Notes under the pieces: generated by a model
Database searches by the model: none
The model's input: the letters and a program-made list of their open reading frames with translations, nothing else
What the model was told of the DNA's origin: nothing
Shown: one piece after another, positions 22,040-37,000 of the stretch
Position numbering within the stretch: position 1 is the stretch's first letter
Layout: each line of letters opens with the position of its first letter
Program-made: the position numbers and the translations under genes
Source of the DNA: Tubulanus polymorphus
Lineage: Eukaryota; Animalia; Nemertea
Length of the DNA: 64,000 bases
NCBI RefSeq assembly: GCF_964204645.1
Contig: NC_134025.1
Coordinates: 4,154,001 to 4,218,000, forward strand
Reading direction: 5' to 3'

Positions 22040-25000
22040 ATGTTTCCCATTATGAACAGGACATCTCCAGAACTTTTTCCCGGTAAGTTTTAAAGTGTCG
22101 TAACTTTCGTGAATAGTTTAGAAACTTTATGTCACTGTTAAAGATTACCGATTTAAGAATTTATAGTGAAATAACCTTTTTCTGAATGGACAATTTTTCA
22201 GTGTTCACAAATTCTTTTTATATAGATTCAAATGAAGATTTTATGTTATTGATTCAATGATAAATCAGTCCTAAAAATATAGCCAAATAATTTTGTCCAA
22301 ATATTTTGAGAACAATCGTAAAGTTGTGGTTATCGTAATTTATAGTTTGTCAATTAATTTCGGATTTGCACTTGGTGGACCACGAGTCCATCTTCTCATC
22401 AGTCTCAGCATACGGCCAATCAGTAATAATCACTAGCCCGATAAACGACCCGTATCCCCGAGTAATCAAACATTCCCTTCAATGACTCAAAGGAAGCGCG
22501 GCATATGATCTTCACAATTATAGCGGTCAAGTCCTTATAGCGTGTTCATGACTACATCTTTATTATAACCTAACAAGGGATACGCCCTGCTCCATGGAAA
22601 GCAGAGAGATTACCGCGGGTTCTATTTTGGATTCTCTAGAAAATAAATTGAATTTTAAGAAAAATAGGAAATAACTTTTCAAAACTCTTGTGAATGCATA
22701 CAGTGATAATCCAAGTGGATTTGTTGTCACCTGGGACGTAGCCTAGAAATAGCCAAACACTAAATAATTATTTCAACAATGATTCGGCGTGCCAATAGTC
22801 AGGAAATCTGCCGAAAAAATTTCAAACAATACCAATTGTAGCTGAGCATGATTCGTCACAGAAAGCATTGCACTAACCTTCACATTTGTCTTCAATTACT
22901 GATTATATATACTCGACCACACCATGTATGAAATTGCAGAACGAAATCTGAACTTTAACTCGAAAAATTAGTTATTCATTATCGATTGAATTAATCTAGT
23001 ACAATATTTTGAACGTTTTTTACTTTCTTCTTTCCTCGTAAAAGGGGCGATTTATTATCGTGACGACACACACAATTTAATTCTGGAAACTGTTTACTCT
23101 TTGGTCCTCAAAGCGGTGACATATTTAATAATTCATAGGGTTTTGATGGTCCGGCGATTTGCAGCACATGCGTTATGGTCGATAGCTGGATATTACTTAT
23201 CGCTAATCAATCTTGCTACCCCGGGCAAAGTGCTGGCTCCAGTGTACTGTTAAATAACGCGTACAATCCAGAATCCGAAAGTTTGCACTAAATATTATAC
23301 ATAGATACATTAACAAATCCTAGGGGGATATGCAGATATATCGAAATATCAGGTTCGCGAGTGAATTATCTCAAATAGAAATTGAGAATGAAATTCACAG
23401 GCTTCGATAATAAACTTCGTTATATAAGTGGCTTTGATTTATTTAAGAATGTCATGATATTTCTATATATCAATGCAAGAAAAATAGATTTGATGAAGAT
23501 ACGCCAAATAACGTGCAATAAGTGGCGGATGTTTGACAGTAATAACCGGAATTCTGGTGCCATTATTACAAACATAAAACCAGTTACAAACGTAATATTT
23601 GCAGTGATTTCTAGTCATCAGCTTTTGCACATCTTATTTTTTCTTGGGCGGACACGGATACATCACGATGACCAGTCAAAATATAATAGTTTCTATGACA
23701 ACTATTGTCTATTCCAGGAAAGGGGCAACCCCCGGGAAAATATACCTCATTAAAGACATACTAAATAGCGTACCTTGCGTTTCATTTCCGCAATTGCACA
23801 CGCGCCCTACTAAAATGTATTGACCATCGAAAGGACTGAGGGGAACACATTGTTAGATAATTCAGGAAGATCTCAATAATTTCTTCAAATTTTAGGAACA
23901 CGTCTTCAACCAGAAGCTTAAATATTCCAAAATATTCAAAATAATCTTAAAAGTTATTTTTGAGGTGCACCTCCAAATTTTCAAAACGAGCGATACTATG
24001 ACGACACAATGCTGTCCGTCCGCAATTTGACAAGTCGATGTTATAACAAGTTGATGGTTTGAATATCTCAGAAAGTTCGTGAGAGCGAGTCCAGCAGCAG
24101 AAAGCATGCGAATCTTTAGCGTTCAGCCATCTGTCATGTGTCTCTTATTGGTAATTCCTGTAGCAGCCGATAGTTTTGAATCATTAATTCCATGTGGTTA
24201 TTTCAGAACGCAAGGTAATTTGTTCGCGAAAATAACTACACGGGGCGATGAAAGATAATTATCAATATTCAATCTCAACAAATATCGGCAGTAAATAATC
24301 GTGTATTAATTGAGAAAAACGGTTTGTGTTTGTCGTATAAATTTTCTAGCTGGGCGTTTTTGATTCTTGCCGATAGGCTCTCGTATGCCTGAGTCAACTG
24401 ATTTCGATTATCGTAACAAGTTTCATTACACAAAATATTGCTGTAATTGAAATCAATGGCAGGTTGATTTGCCAACTTACTGACAATGATTACATCTACC
24501 AAGCCGGACAATTCCCAAAGGGCCATTTCGAGCTGAGTGATTCGGGGTAATGCTGTTTCCAAAATTGACCTTACGCACAAAGATCGGTGATCAGAATGCT
24601 GCTAACTAACAAACGCTACAAATGATATGTTAGAAAAAAGTCGCATCGTTGTGAGGTCATGGTTTAAATCCATAACACCAAATTTGATGGTTAATGCTTT
24701 AACGCAGTGCTACTAGGGGCTTTTTACGCGTGCCGCACAATTCCAAACACGTTTCCGGAGCAAAGTACATGTTTAAAATTTCATCTAACCTAGAGATCAG
24801 TGAATCCAGTATCCGCTGAAGTTACCCCGCAGTCACATGAAGCTGCATGGAAAGGTTTACAAATCTCTACTTTACAGCGCACGGAGAGGGCGACAAGATG
24901 CCACATTCAACATCATCAGTAAACAAAGTTGAATTAAAGCGCATTATGTAAACACTACTTGCACCACTCGATAGTCGTTCGCAAATGGCCAAAGTCGGCT

Positions 25001-28000
25001 CCAGTGTATGCCTAGAATCTGCTTAGTCAAGCCATCGACTCTCAACGACTTATTATGTTTCGATGCTCTCCAATTAAATCGGTCGCCTTTCTCTGCAGTA
25101 TTGCGCTTGTCAAAGGTGTGTTATGTTTATAAGGGCAATAGTAGAGGGAATGAGAGAACTCGTACAATCCCATCAAAAAGTAGATTTTATTGTGTGCTAC
25201 TGAATGCGCACATGCCATCACCGCAATCAAAGCACGCACATTTTTTTTTTTTGTAAGCAATGGAAACTTATAAATGTCAAAACCACCCCAGTGTTTCCCT
25301 GTTAAGAAATGATCGGAGTCATATTGAAATTAAATTGTTTCTCAGTAGTCTCAAAGATCCAATTACTGTTGTACCGGTAATAGTATTGTCGAGCGCAATT
25401 GCACCTATCCGTTGGCAGAAAGACCCAACGATGTGAAGAGAACTAGCTCGTTTTTGTGACGAGGTAACAAACCGCAAAGAACCGCATCAATATTACTCAA
25501 CCAGAGGGAAATTTCTGCTATTGTTACATGACTTCACTGCAGTAACCATATTCGCAAAAACTAATTAACTCTATCGTCGACGTCCACGACTTTTTCTCGC
25601 GAACCATTTCAAAATACGCTTTCTCTCCCAACGACCGTATTTTGCATAATAAAGTGAGACAGAAAATGAAATTTCAATTCAGTAAAGTTGCAAGCGGTGA
25701 AATTGATCAGAAATCATTTCTGTATTAGTGACGCTCGTGAAACTTTAACAATAAAATAAGAAATATTTTATACAGATCTAATTATGGTTTTAGTGAAAAG
25801 GAAAGAAGGAAACGAGGAAAAGTGACTTCTTTTCTCGTGCAGATATCTTTCGAATCAATGATGCAGAGTTTACGTATAACAATAGGCTTTTTTTCGTGGG
25901 AGACAGAAATGGATTCTATTAAGATGAATTAATTATAACGTTTGATTGTACAGGTTGTAAAAAATTTCCGATACTATTTCTAAGAAAGAGATTCTTTGTC
26001 ATTCTATCGTTGACATGGAGATATTAGAATTTGTCGATTTCACAAATCTGTATCGTCTGAGTGCAATGACTATTTCTATTATTTTCATTATAATTTTGAC
26101 TTTTTTGTAGAGCCGAGTTGGTTGATTACGCACTCAAATTCCTTATCAGCACTTCTGTTGTATCTTATAATTTAAGGAATTGTCAAGCATCCAACGCTTA
26201 CTTCTTAATGTTGAAAATATCAAGAGTTTTGCACAAACAAAAATGTATCTAACTAAATGCTGAACTTGAACTAAATACTCAATAATCTTTTTTTGGGGAT
26301 CATGGGTTTTTATAGGAACTCTTAATTCAACGATGTATTGTATACTGTCATTTCTAAATACGTGCAACAACTCGACCCTAGTAAACCTTACAAAGCATCA
26401 CTCCGTCGATCTTCTATCAAGCGAATATTAGTACAAATCTGCAGTAATTAGTTTGATTTAGGTTTTTGTAACAGGATTCGTCTCAACAACGCCCATGATT
26501 TCGTTAAATGACGTCCAAACATGAAATTCTGTAGAGTATTAATTGTCCTATTTGTTACACTGGTGACAAATTTCATGTTCGTAGCTACGAGGTGATTTAA
26601 CAATATCTATCTACTTATAGATTATATCATCTTACAATAGGAATGGTCGTTGAATATCATGGACCAAATATGCCGGATAGATTATATCCACTTGTTGTAG
26701 ATACGACGTTTTTTAGCGGCGAGAAAATCTTTAAAAAACTATAGTTGCAAAGCAGCGATAACGGGTTTCTGCCTGCTGGTTTAAATGGAGTACTATAGGA
26801 AGATTTCGAGGAAATCTGTTCACAACATACGGCTGTTTTGAAGGAGCGCCACCTAGGGGTCAAAATATATCCTGGATATGTGGATCCATAACTACTAAAC
26901 AGTAACTTGCTAAAAGTACTGATTTTAGCAAGTTAATTGATGATAACGAAGATACGTTGCTTTCACAGTCCCCTGGCGGCAATTGTATAAACTGATGATG
27001 CCAGTGGCATACTGCACATAATGTATGTACTTATACCAGGTTTAGTGATTTCTCGAATAAAAGGACTGAATTAAACGCGAATAACCGATGCTGAAATTTT
27101 CATAGAAATCCCGTATTCCCATTAGTAGATATAGATGAAAATGCGTTTTCTAGCGTTTGTATAGGTGGCGCTATACGGCAGTGGAAACTCGGATGAAGTT
27201 CACATCCCCTCGAGATGAATTAACTGTATTTTATCATCTGACCCGCGATTATAATTGAACTGAAAATACAATAATTTATCGCTTTATTGACAGATTCCAT
27301 CAGCCATGGTCATGACTCAACCGTAGGTAATTAATTACATAGCAAATAATAATAGTCCTTAATGCGATTGGGCAAAAGTTATATTGAGAAAATCCATTAT
27401 CCTCAGCAGTGCTCTAAGTTATCGTGAATAAACAAGCATTTGAAAAATTCCTTGAAGCTAAAAACTACACGATACATTATCGCGCATCTTCCTAATACTG
27501 TACCAAAAATCACCATATTTTCTGGTTTTTATTTTATGATTTTTCACAATCGTATATTCATATATTGAAAAATCCATCCTTTATAATTGTTCCGTGGTAG
27601 ATGAACGTGCTGCTTAATTTCAACTTCGAGTAATTAAAATCTAAAGGCTTTTGTACATATACGAATCGGAATTCATGATGACAGGTGATGGCTTGCAGGA
27701 ATTTGGACACGACCCGTCCCGGTGCAGTGTCTTCGTGATGAGCTACGATGCGGCACTGCAACCTGCTCGACAAAACACTCGAAACTTGATTAATCCACTC
27801 GCCTGCACGCAATGTTTCTTGCTGCTCAATTTGTCCGACTCCTCACGCGTATCGAAACGGGGAGCTATTACCCACGGTATCGGTCGCTAGTAACCTATTC
27901 GCGGTCGTTATATCGTTATATTACCTCTAATTAAATTGAAATCCTGCTCCGAGTTCCATACAGGGTGAAATTCCCAGACGTATAGTTAGTGAACGGAGGC

Positions 28001-31000
28001 GGTGTGAATGAGATTAATAGTAGTTTTTTATTGGCAACTAAGCGTCAGGGAAATGTTAAAAATTGTTAAAACTATTTTGAGCAGCTTCGAATGATTTTTT
28101 TCGATACAATTTCTTAGTTCTTGAACGTGAACGACTACTACTAGCATAAAGTATTCTCCGAAAAATGTTCAATTATCCCTCATTGACTGCTTAGATATGG
28201 CTGACTGTTTGATGTGCACATGCCTTAAGGAATAATTTCAGAAATATATAACAGAAGCCGAGGAACCTATATAAACAGGTGTCGTCAAGAGCAAATATCT
28301 TTAGGTTGCACAATTAGGCACTCTCCCCGTCGGGACCAAAAAAGTAAAGTTTTCCGAGATGATGTGATCAATTATTAACAATGCTTGTCTTAGTCGTTGA
28401 TGGAACTGAATGCTTTGATGGTAAGAGTGGGCGATGTGAAATACTGAAAGTCTCATACGTACAATACACATCGATCGCATCATTTCTGTTTTAGACCAAA
28501 TTTCGCTTAGAGAAAAGTTGAAACTATTGAGATTGTCATTGTATCGATTAGATCGTCGTCATCCCTTTACTGGATCATGATTGGTTGATGAAAAATTGAT
28601 CGAAGATAGATATTTTTTCGAATGGTTTGGTATTTTGAGTGCTCTGACCCGTGAAGTTCTACACTGCCCCGGGAGCAGCATTTTTTCAGGTGCTCTCATT
28701 TTTTTACGTTCCTTCCCTCTTTATTTGTCGCGTGAGAATTCCGTGAACTCCTGTCGCTCTAGAGCTGATTGTTTTATCATCGTTTTCTGATAATTCTATA
28801 CGTGTGATATTTACTCTGCAAAAAAATAATCGCGTTTAACCTCCGGCGAAGTAAAACCCGATGTGGATGACCAGACGAAAACTGGACAATTTATATCAGC
28901 GAAGTTCACAGAAAATTATCATCTGTTTAAGGACGGAATTAGCGCCGCAACCGCACGGCGTGCTGTCATATTACTCAGCATCGATCCCGTGACTGGATAC
29001 AGTTTAATCACAAGTGATAAGCACTTCTTGATAGCCTTATACTACACGGCGTTAGCCACCTTTCCATACGAAGGATGAGCCGGTATTGTGTGACTGTGAT
29101 TAAGATGGATTGACTGATACAATAGCCGATCAATTCGAATGTTACCAACGCGGATAAATTCTTTTGATAAGATTCTGACACCGGGTAATTGTCGGTAGAT
29201 GTAACAAGGATAGATTAAGTCTTTACTTTTTTCTCTATCCCTCGGTTTCTATTCGAAATGTATAACAGTAACGATGATATTTCCCGATAAGTTCTTTTTC
29301 TCGTCAGTGACGTTTTTCATAAATCCAATTCTCGTTTTCTATAACCGCAAAACAAAGTGGAAGATTTCTTTCATAACCGTGAAACTTACCAATCAGGTTC
29401 AATCTGTCTCATTGTCCCCACGCGCAATCCTGTTCATCACATGCAAAAAACATAATTGCCGGACCCGTTTTGCGGTAACTTTATCAGCAGCAAAAAATCC
29501 CGGCCATAAATCAGGAAAATTAGAGATTTTCTCAAATGTGAGCTGTATTTACAGACTAAGCGATGACCGCTGATTTAATTGTCATCTTTAACGGTGACTG
29601 AGACTAACAAGACCCCTGTGAATCGTCCATGCATTCTGTACAGTTGCTCTCGCCCTTTCCTAGGCTGACTCGAACAGTCGTGGTTAGATAAGAAAAGTTC
29701 TCGTAATTTGATATCATTGGATTCGGCTCGCAAAAAGTAGGGAGTCGAGATAATTTTGTGGATGCAAGCGGTACAGGAAAGGGGGAATGGCTAGATAAAG
29801 ATTGCGTTTCTCTCTCGCCTCTACCATATGCATCCACAATGACATCATGAAGAAGGATACATTATGTCAAACGTACAAGACATTACGCACCTGATAATTT
29901 AAAAGTGCAAAAATAGACAATATGTGTAGTTCTGTTTCGTTAAAAATTTCATTTGTTAAGTATATTTTTTCATTTTCTTTTTGTGGATTCGAAATCTCGC
30001 GGAGACGCGTGAATCATGAGGTACACATTGAGGTGACAAGCAATCACTCCTGCACTACGTGAAAAAGATATTGGATTATGCTGATTTTTCGGAGTTCCTT
30101 TCGCGGAATGGTTTGCCTCGGCTTCAAACACGAATAAAGAATTCCATTTCTGAGACGATTAAAGTAGTTCTTTCATTGATGAAGTTGTAGTCGTGTAATC
30201 GCATATGGTTTCTCTGATTCTGGAGAACAAATTTGTTTACTGTGACCAATCAGTGCGCACATTTGGGCTTTCACTACACGTAATATGGGGAAATTTGATC
30301 ACTTATACTTTAACCACTGACTGGTTGGGTTATCCGTCCGTGTGGAAGACGCCGGTCTCCGTGGGATTGTGTCATCATCTTACCTAAAGGCAAACCACCG
30401 TAAAATCATTGAACATGTCCCCATTGGACTTAATAAGATCATAAAAGTCACTACTGCGAATTGAGTGTCTATTCTATACCGTTTTGCCTTATATAAACCC
30501 TAGATTTCTTTTGAACGAATGATAGCCACTTGGATCATATATATATTTTCTCGATACAGGAAATAAAACTCATTAGAATGTTTCAAACTCTGATCTACTG
30601 AAACGAACTCAGGCAATTATGACTAGATCAGTCAATTTATCCTTACAGCTATCTGTCTGGAATTTGAAAAGGAGAAATTATTGTAGATGATTTTTATGAA
30701 GAAAACTAATTTGAATCAGTGATCCATAAAAATATAGTATTCATGGCCGAGGCACATCTCCACACATCAAAGGTTCTCATTATGCAGCGTGGTCAGAGGT
30801 AAACAGTGACGATGATTCAACTGAAAAAGACCATGCGTATAAAAGCGATTACTGTTTCCTTTTCAGATGCCGTATCTTTGTCGACGTATACCAGTCAAAG
30901 CACTCAAGAATAAAATGCGGCAGCTCTTCTTTCTTTGTTGCGTCTTCAGTAAAAACTGTTAGATAAACAATTTGCTCGAAACTATTAGCTTCTAATTTCC

Positions 31001-34000
31001 GGGCAAACTACGGCGAGATATAATTTTACATGTCATTATACGGTTTATGGTGCACTGAGATATTGCGACTTGTATTTTTCGTATCTAGACTTTTGAGCTA
31101 CTTCGGAAAGTTGTTTCATCGGGCTACTCTGTTTCATGGCCTTACGAATCATAACGACGTTATTGGTATGTCAATCAGCATGAACCAACCTTTCACATTC
31201 CTTATAGTAAAATAGATAATATAACTGAGGGATGGGTACAATACAATGAATGATTGAGTATTCAGGACTTGGTGAATTTGCCTATCAGTAATCGAAAAGA
31301 ATCAACAAAACCATTCAACACTATCGTTGCCTTGCTTTAAATGCGTACATGCGTGTTCCGAGGGCTGTTCCCAAACATCAGTAGTCAGGCAAAGATGTCA
31401 CACCAGATAAAACACTAATAGCCGATGCTTCGAATACTAACACGTTTTAAGACACGCATGAACCGATAAGAGACTGAGCGAAGCGTCTGCTGATTCATTC
31501 GTTCGAATTCAGATCTTCATAATTCCCGTGAAAATGTGCAATGAAACGAAAAGCTTTTAACTGCTCTTCAACTTTAATACAGAATTCAAAGTTAACGACT
31601 TATTCTTGTTCTATAGTTAACCACCTATTTCCATGAAGAAAAAAAAAACGATAAGACCTTTATCTCTAAGGTGAATTAACCCTTAAACTAGTAAATTGAA
31701 GGCGAATTTTAGTAATAAACTGTAGTTAATTAGCGAATCAAGGGTTACCGTGACGTGGTAGACCCCAGGCTCTGCAGAATAAAACACTCGCATCGAGAAC
31801 AAACCTTCCACCGATCGTGGGAATATGAAAATATGTCATGCAACTTGTTTTTGGTACCGACAAGCTTCGGCATTACTCAATTGGTCCTTATTCGGCGATG
31901 CAGTAAACCACTTGGGCAGCAATCACTCGGTAAAATTCCTGCCTGTGAATGAATGAATCTGAGAATGGGATGAGTTCCAGACAATATATTTCACAAAAAA
32001 AGCTTTCATTTTTAACGAAACCAAACGTTTTATACAAGATAATCTATCCATAATTTCTACAGATAGTGTGTTTACAATGTTTTCTTATGTATTAAGTTTT
32101 ATTTGAATTTGCCGACTTGAATAAAATGTTTTAAAAATCTTGGTGGAGGAGTAAGATACGGTTAAGCAATGTGAATTATGCCTATTTCTTTTACAAATAA
32201 ATCATAATTTGCGCGTTAACTTGAAATGTGTCACGTTTAAAACGTAATGTATTTGCCAAGCTCGTCAGTTTGCTAGATTATACGGATGGAGATTTGTTGT
32301 AATTAGCGGATACTGAGCCAATTATAGTGAATTGTCGTCGTTTGAAACATAGATCATTTTTTCCTACAAAACGTTCAACGGAACAATCGAAAAATATTTT
32401 AAATTTTAGAATAAGAAGCCGGGTTGGAGGAGGTTTGGTTAGGGATTTTCATCTTATTTGTAACATATCAACGAATAAGGCCACAATGAATAAATGTTTG
32501 TACGAATTCAGATGTTTCAGACGAACTTAGTCTGCCAAAAATACCCGGACTTATGATCGACGGACCCCCGATTAAACAAGAAGAGTCTACCATGCCGAAG
32601 ATCGACTTCACAATCGCCCAAAAGTGTAAGACGGCAAAGGATTGTGTTGGTGGTGAACACGTATCTTGCGTCAAGTTTACGGGAAAATTCAGATGCATTT
32701 GTATAGGAAAATCCGGGGATACGGAACCGCTTGTTGACGGGAAATGCATTATGGCTACTCCAGTTAAAAAGATTAGCGCAAGTGAAGGTGAGCGAAAGAG
32801 TATGTATCGTTCAGAATTATCATTTTTTTCTGCGAATTTCCTTCATTGTGGTCCATATATCTGTGCGTGGAATTCATTTGGTAACGGTTTGAATGAATCT
32901 AGGTGACTCGCCCGTTCTTGGCGTTCTTGGACACGATGATATCGACCGTTTAAACAGAGAAAACTTCAAAAACATCGGGCACACAACTGAGGTAAAAAGA
33001 CCGAATTATCTATAAAATTCTTGAACGATTTATTATGCAACTACATGTATGTCAATCACAAAAGGGTTTTCTGCACCACAAATGTGTTCTAGAAAATTGG
33101 TTGATAAGAATGAAACAGTCGACAGAAAAAGCTAGCCATATATATCTGTTCAGAGTAAAATTAGATTCACATCATTGATGGAAAAATTGTTAAGAAGATG
33201 ACGAGTAACAATTCTCAAATCACAAACCGATTTTCCGATTGGCATTCTAAAATATCACAACAAGCACTTGATTATGCTCTTAATGTCCACTTAACATCGC
33301 TTTAGCAGCTCTTAAGTCCTCTAAAAAGATTGAAAAAATGCACCCAAGGGTCGCATTAGCCAATCCTTCAAACATTCTCAGCACCGTGTCCTCCAGCAGA
33401 GTCAATATAATTAAAGTGAAGACACGGTCCCATGATAACGTGCGACGATAAATCGAGAATGAAATATGATATTTAGAGAGCCGATCCCACTACCTATCCG
33501 AGGAGATTAAAGCGTAATTAATGGATTGACTAGTAGTTACAATTCGGAACTTAAGTACCGGATAATATTTCTTCTTGAAAATAGTTTTCAGTCATGTGTG
33601 TCGGAATTACGTGTATTTACAGTTTCAGGGAAATGCGATGCCTCGACGGGAAGGTGAACTAGCTGACTTCAACACTTTGCTAGTTCTGAAGATTCTTTTA
33701 CCGATTCTCGGGGTGATTATTATCGTGCTCGCTGTCTTATTGTTTCTCAAGAAACGCGGCATCGGTATATTCAAAGTAACTGGTGAACCCGGCGTGTCAA
33801 ATTCATCTTCGCAAGTTGTGTGGATGAGTCGGAATCCTGATAATTCTCTACTACTCGACAGTATGAGTTTAGTAAATAAGAATCCAACCTACTACGCCCC
33901 ACATCCCGAATTGGTTATCACAAAATACAGTGATAAAGAGATTCCACCTGAAACCCTCGTACTCATGGAAGAAATTGGCGAAGGAGCATTTGGGCAGGTT

Positions 34001-37000
34001 TTCAGAGGTAAATAAGGTCGAATGTGTTTGTGTTTTCTAGTACCATGAATGAATGAATTGAATGCTTTATTTTCAAATATGATTTACAACGTAGTGTACA
34101 TAGATGCAAAATACAAAATACAGTAAATTATACCTGGAGGGGCCTGTAGAAACTAAGAAATAGTTTCTACAGGCCCCTCCAGGTATAATTTACTGTAAAA
34201 AGTGAAGAAGAAAAAAGAGGAATGTAAGAACTCAAACCACTCACTCAGTCAACCCTCAAACACACAACATGCACACTTTTTAATTGTTATTATCTTTATT
34301 AATTTAACTATAATTAGAGTTTCATTAGGAGATACATATTATGATATGAAGTAATCGTTCAATAAGTAAAGATTTTAGATTTTTGCTACTGTTATTCTAG
34401 AGTAAATTTTCTTCTTTGACTTGTTAGTAAATTTTGCCGTCGCCGAGTATTACGACTGAATATGAAAATTTTGGCTCCAATAATTTTCGAATGATTTCGG
34501 TAATTCAGGGTGAATGAATTTATAAATGAAAGTACCTAGTTATAGTTTATCAATATCTTTGAGTTTGAGAAGTTTTAACTGTTTAGATATAGGGTCAGTG
34601 TGCGCCAAATAATAGGAATTAGAAATCATCCTAATAATTTTTTTTGTAATACAAATAATGGCTGTAGTTTATTTTCGTACTTTCGTCCCCTAACCAAATA
34701 ACAATACTGGTGGTAAGGAAATATAAATAAAGGATACGAAGTGACCTCAATGGGAGTTATATGTATTTGGCTCTATCTATTATGCCAATAATTCGACTGA
34801 TTTTATTTGACCAAATGGAGAAACTCAGGAAATTAATTCCTCCCTACTTAGCAAAAATAATGAAACCGTTGTGTTCATGATTTTTTCTTGTTTTCGTTAG
34901 CTTCGCAGTTCCAAACTGTTTAAATCCAGCTCATTGCTTTTCGGGGATTAATTACATTGAGTCCTGCAGGGTTCTAAATCGCAAAATCTAGCATGCTGTT
35001 TACAAAGAAAACGTTCTAATAGCTTTCAGTAGTTGTAATCAATGGTTTAAGAGTTAAATTGCGTCTTCATTGCAGGGGATCTGTTATGTGAAGATGGAAC
35101 TAGACAACCAGTAGCAGTCAAATTATTGAAGAACGGTGTTTCGTTGGAAATAAAGGAAGATTTCGAACGCGAAGTTGAAATAATGAGTACTTTTGATCAC
35201 GACAATATATTGAAACTTATTGGTGTCGTCACAAAAGGTAAGCGAGGCAGAAATTTCATTCCAAAATACGAATATTAGTATATGCACTCTCTGCTGATAG
35301 AAATTCTGTATTTTAGACCTGATTTATTGCATAGTTTTTTAATGGATATTTCCAATATATGAGACAATGAAATGAAAATTTAAGTATATTTCCGTATCTA
35401 TTCTATCGAGCAGAGTCTGATGAAAATGAATTTCCATGATTTCAAACGATGCACAGTCTTATTAATTATGTATTAAGACTGCAGTGTATAGGATTGACTG
35501 TAAACGAAGAGTTCGTTGATATAAGGACTATAAGTATTGAGGTCTGATTTAACGACGACATAAGGAGTAGATCAATTTATTGTCGTCGGTTACTGTACGG
35601 AAAAGCTCCAGATTTCAATTAAACGGCGGCAGAAGATCAAGTGTTGGTTTGATCTTTTCTTGTAGATAGATTGAAACGGCTTGAAGTTTTTTGTAGTCAT
35701 GCGCGTATATCGCTGCCGTTTGTTCCGTCTAATCGCGACGTTTTCCCTTCCGAAGGAAAGATTCTCTTTTCACGATAAGTCAAAAGATTTCACAGAATCT
35801 TATTAGCAAATGCCATCAAACATCGCCGACTTTCTAATTAGTACTAGATCCACCTGCCGAGGATGAAACGATACTATCTCGGTTTTAAAATGTGTCACCG
35901 TAATCTACGTTCAGATCGCTACGAAATTCCGCCGAGTCGGTTTCAGTAGTTAAGCTTGTCGGCGACGGCTAATGTATTATGTCCCTAAGGTTGGTACCTA
36001 CCAATTATATCATTTGCCAGACAATTATTCCGAAATTATGAAGTGCACCTCAGAGTATAGTAATCCAACTGGCGCTTAATTAATCGCGGAGAGGAGTTTC
36101 AAATCGAGCCGGTGAGTGTAATCACTGATACTCCGATACTATCAGTTACAACAGATTTTATAGTTCGTTTGAATTCCTATCATTTACATTTAAATCGTTT
36201 AATGACGATAAATCAAATGCAGTCGGGAACAGTTTTACGCCCAGAATAGTAATCCTCCACGCTATGGATGATTAGTATATTTTCAGTACAACATTGGGAT
36301 GGTACTGATCTGTAAATATTCCGGCGAGGTAATCGAATTTGTTCTAGGCATCACAGCTGATGATATCAAGGCTAGAGCCCTAATTTTGGACGCGTCGCGG
36401 TTTTTATTCCGGGAAAATCGACAAAATTCGTATGGATGGCCTAAACGCGCAGCGGTCATTAGATGAAATGAAAGAAATCATCCGATCCAAGAATTATTTT
36501 ACTTTTCTATTACCAGTACATCTAAAACGTATTTTCTGATTTTCATTATTTTTCTTAATTTGAATTGTCATTGCATTGTTTTAGAAGTTGAAGAGACTCC
36601 GTATATGGTTTTTGAATTTATGGAATTTGGAGATTTAGCAGGTCTTCTACGCAAGAATGACCCTATAATGCGCAAAACAAGAGACTGTCCCATAACGCTA
36701 AAAGATGTAAGTTCGTTCTTATTGATTATCATTGGATAAGAATCATCCATTTGGATATTTTCTAACTATCGAAAGTATCGACGCCCAAGTATTGACCATA
36801 ATCTGGAAAATGTAAGATATGTATAGCGATAATTTTCTCTCTATCGCGCAGACGGAATTGGTAGATATTGCGGTACAGATTGCAAACGGGATGGTTTATT
36901 TAACTCAGCAACATTTCGTTCATAGAGATTTAGCCACGCGCAACTGTTTAGTCGGCGATGGACTTTTGGTTAAGATTTCAGATTTTGGCATGTCCCGAGA

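Noticed and set aside
22100-32500. Many 60-120 aa ORFs in the kinase intron
   Set aside because: No domain motifs, often non-ATG starts, and no consistent splice structure.
33378-33398. RE1/REST-like TCAGCACC half site
   Set aside because: The right half does not match, and canonical REST/RE1 regulation is not expected in this kind of genome.
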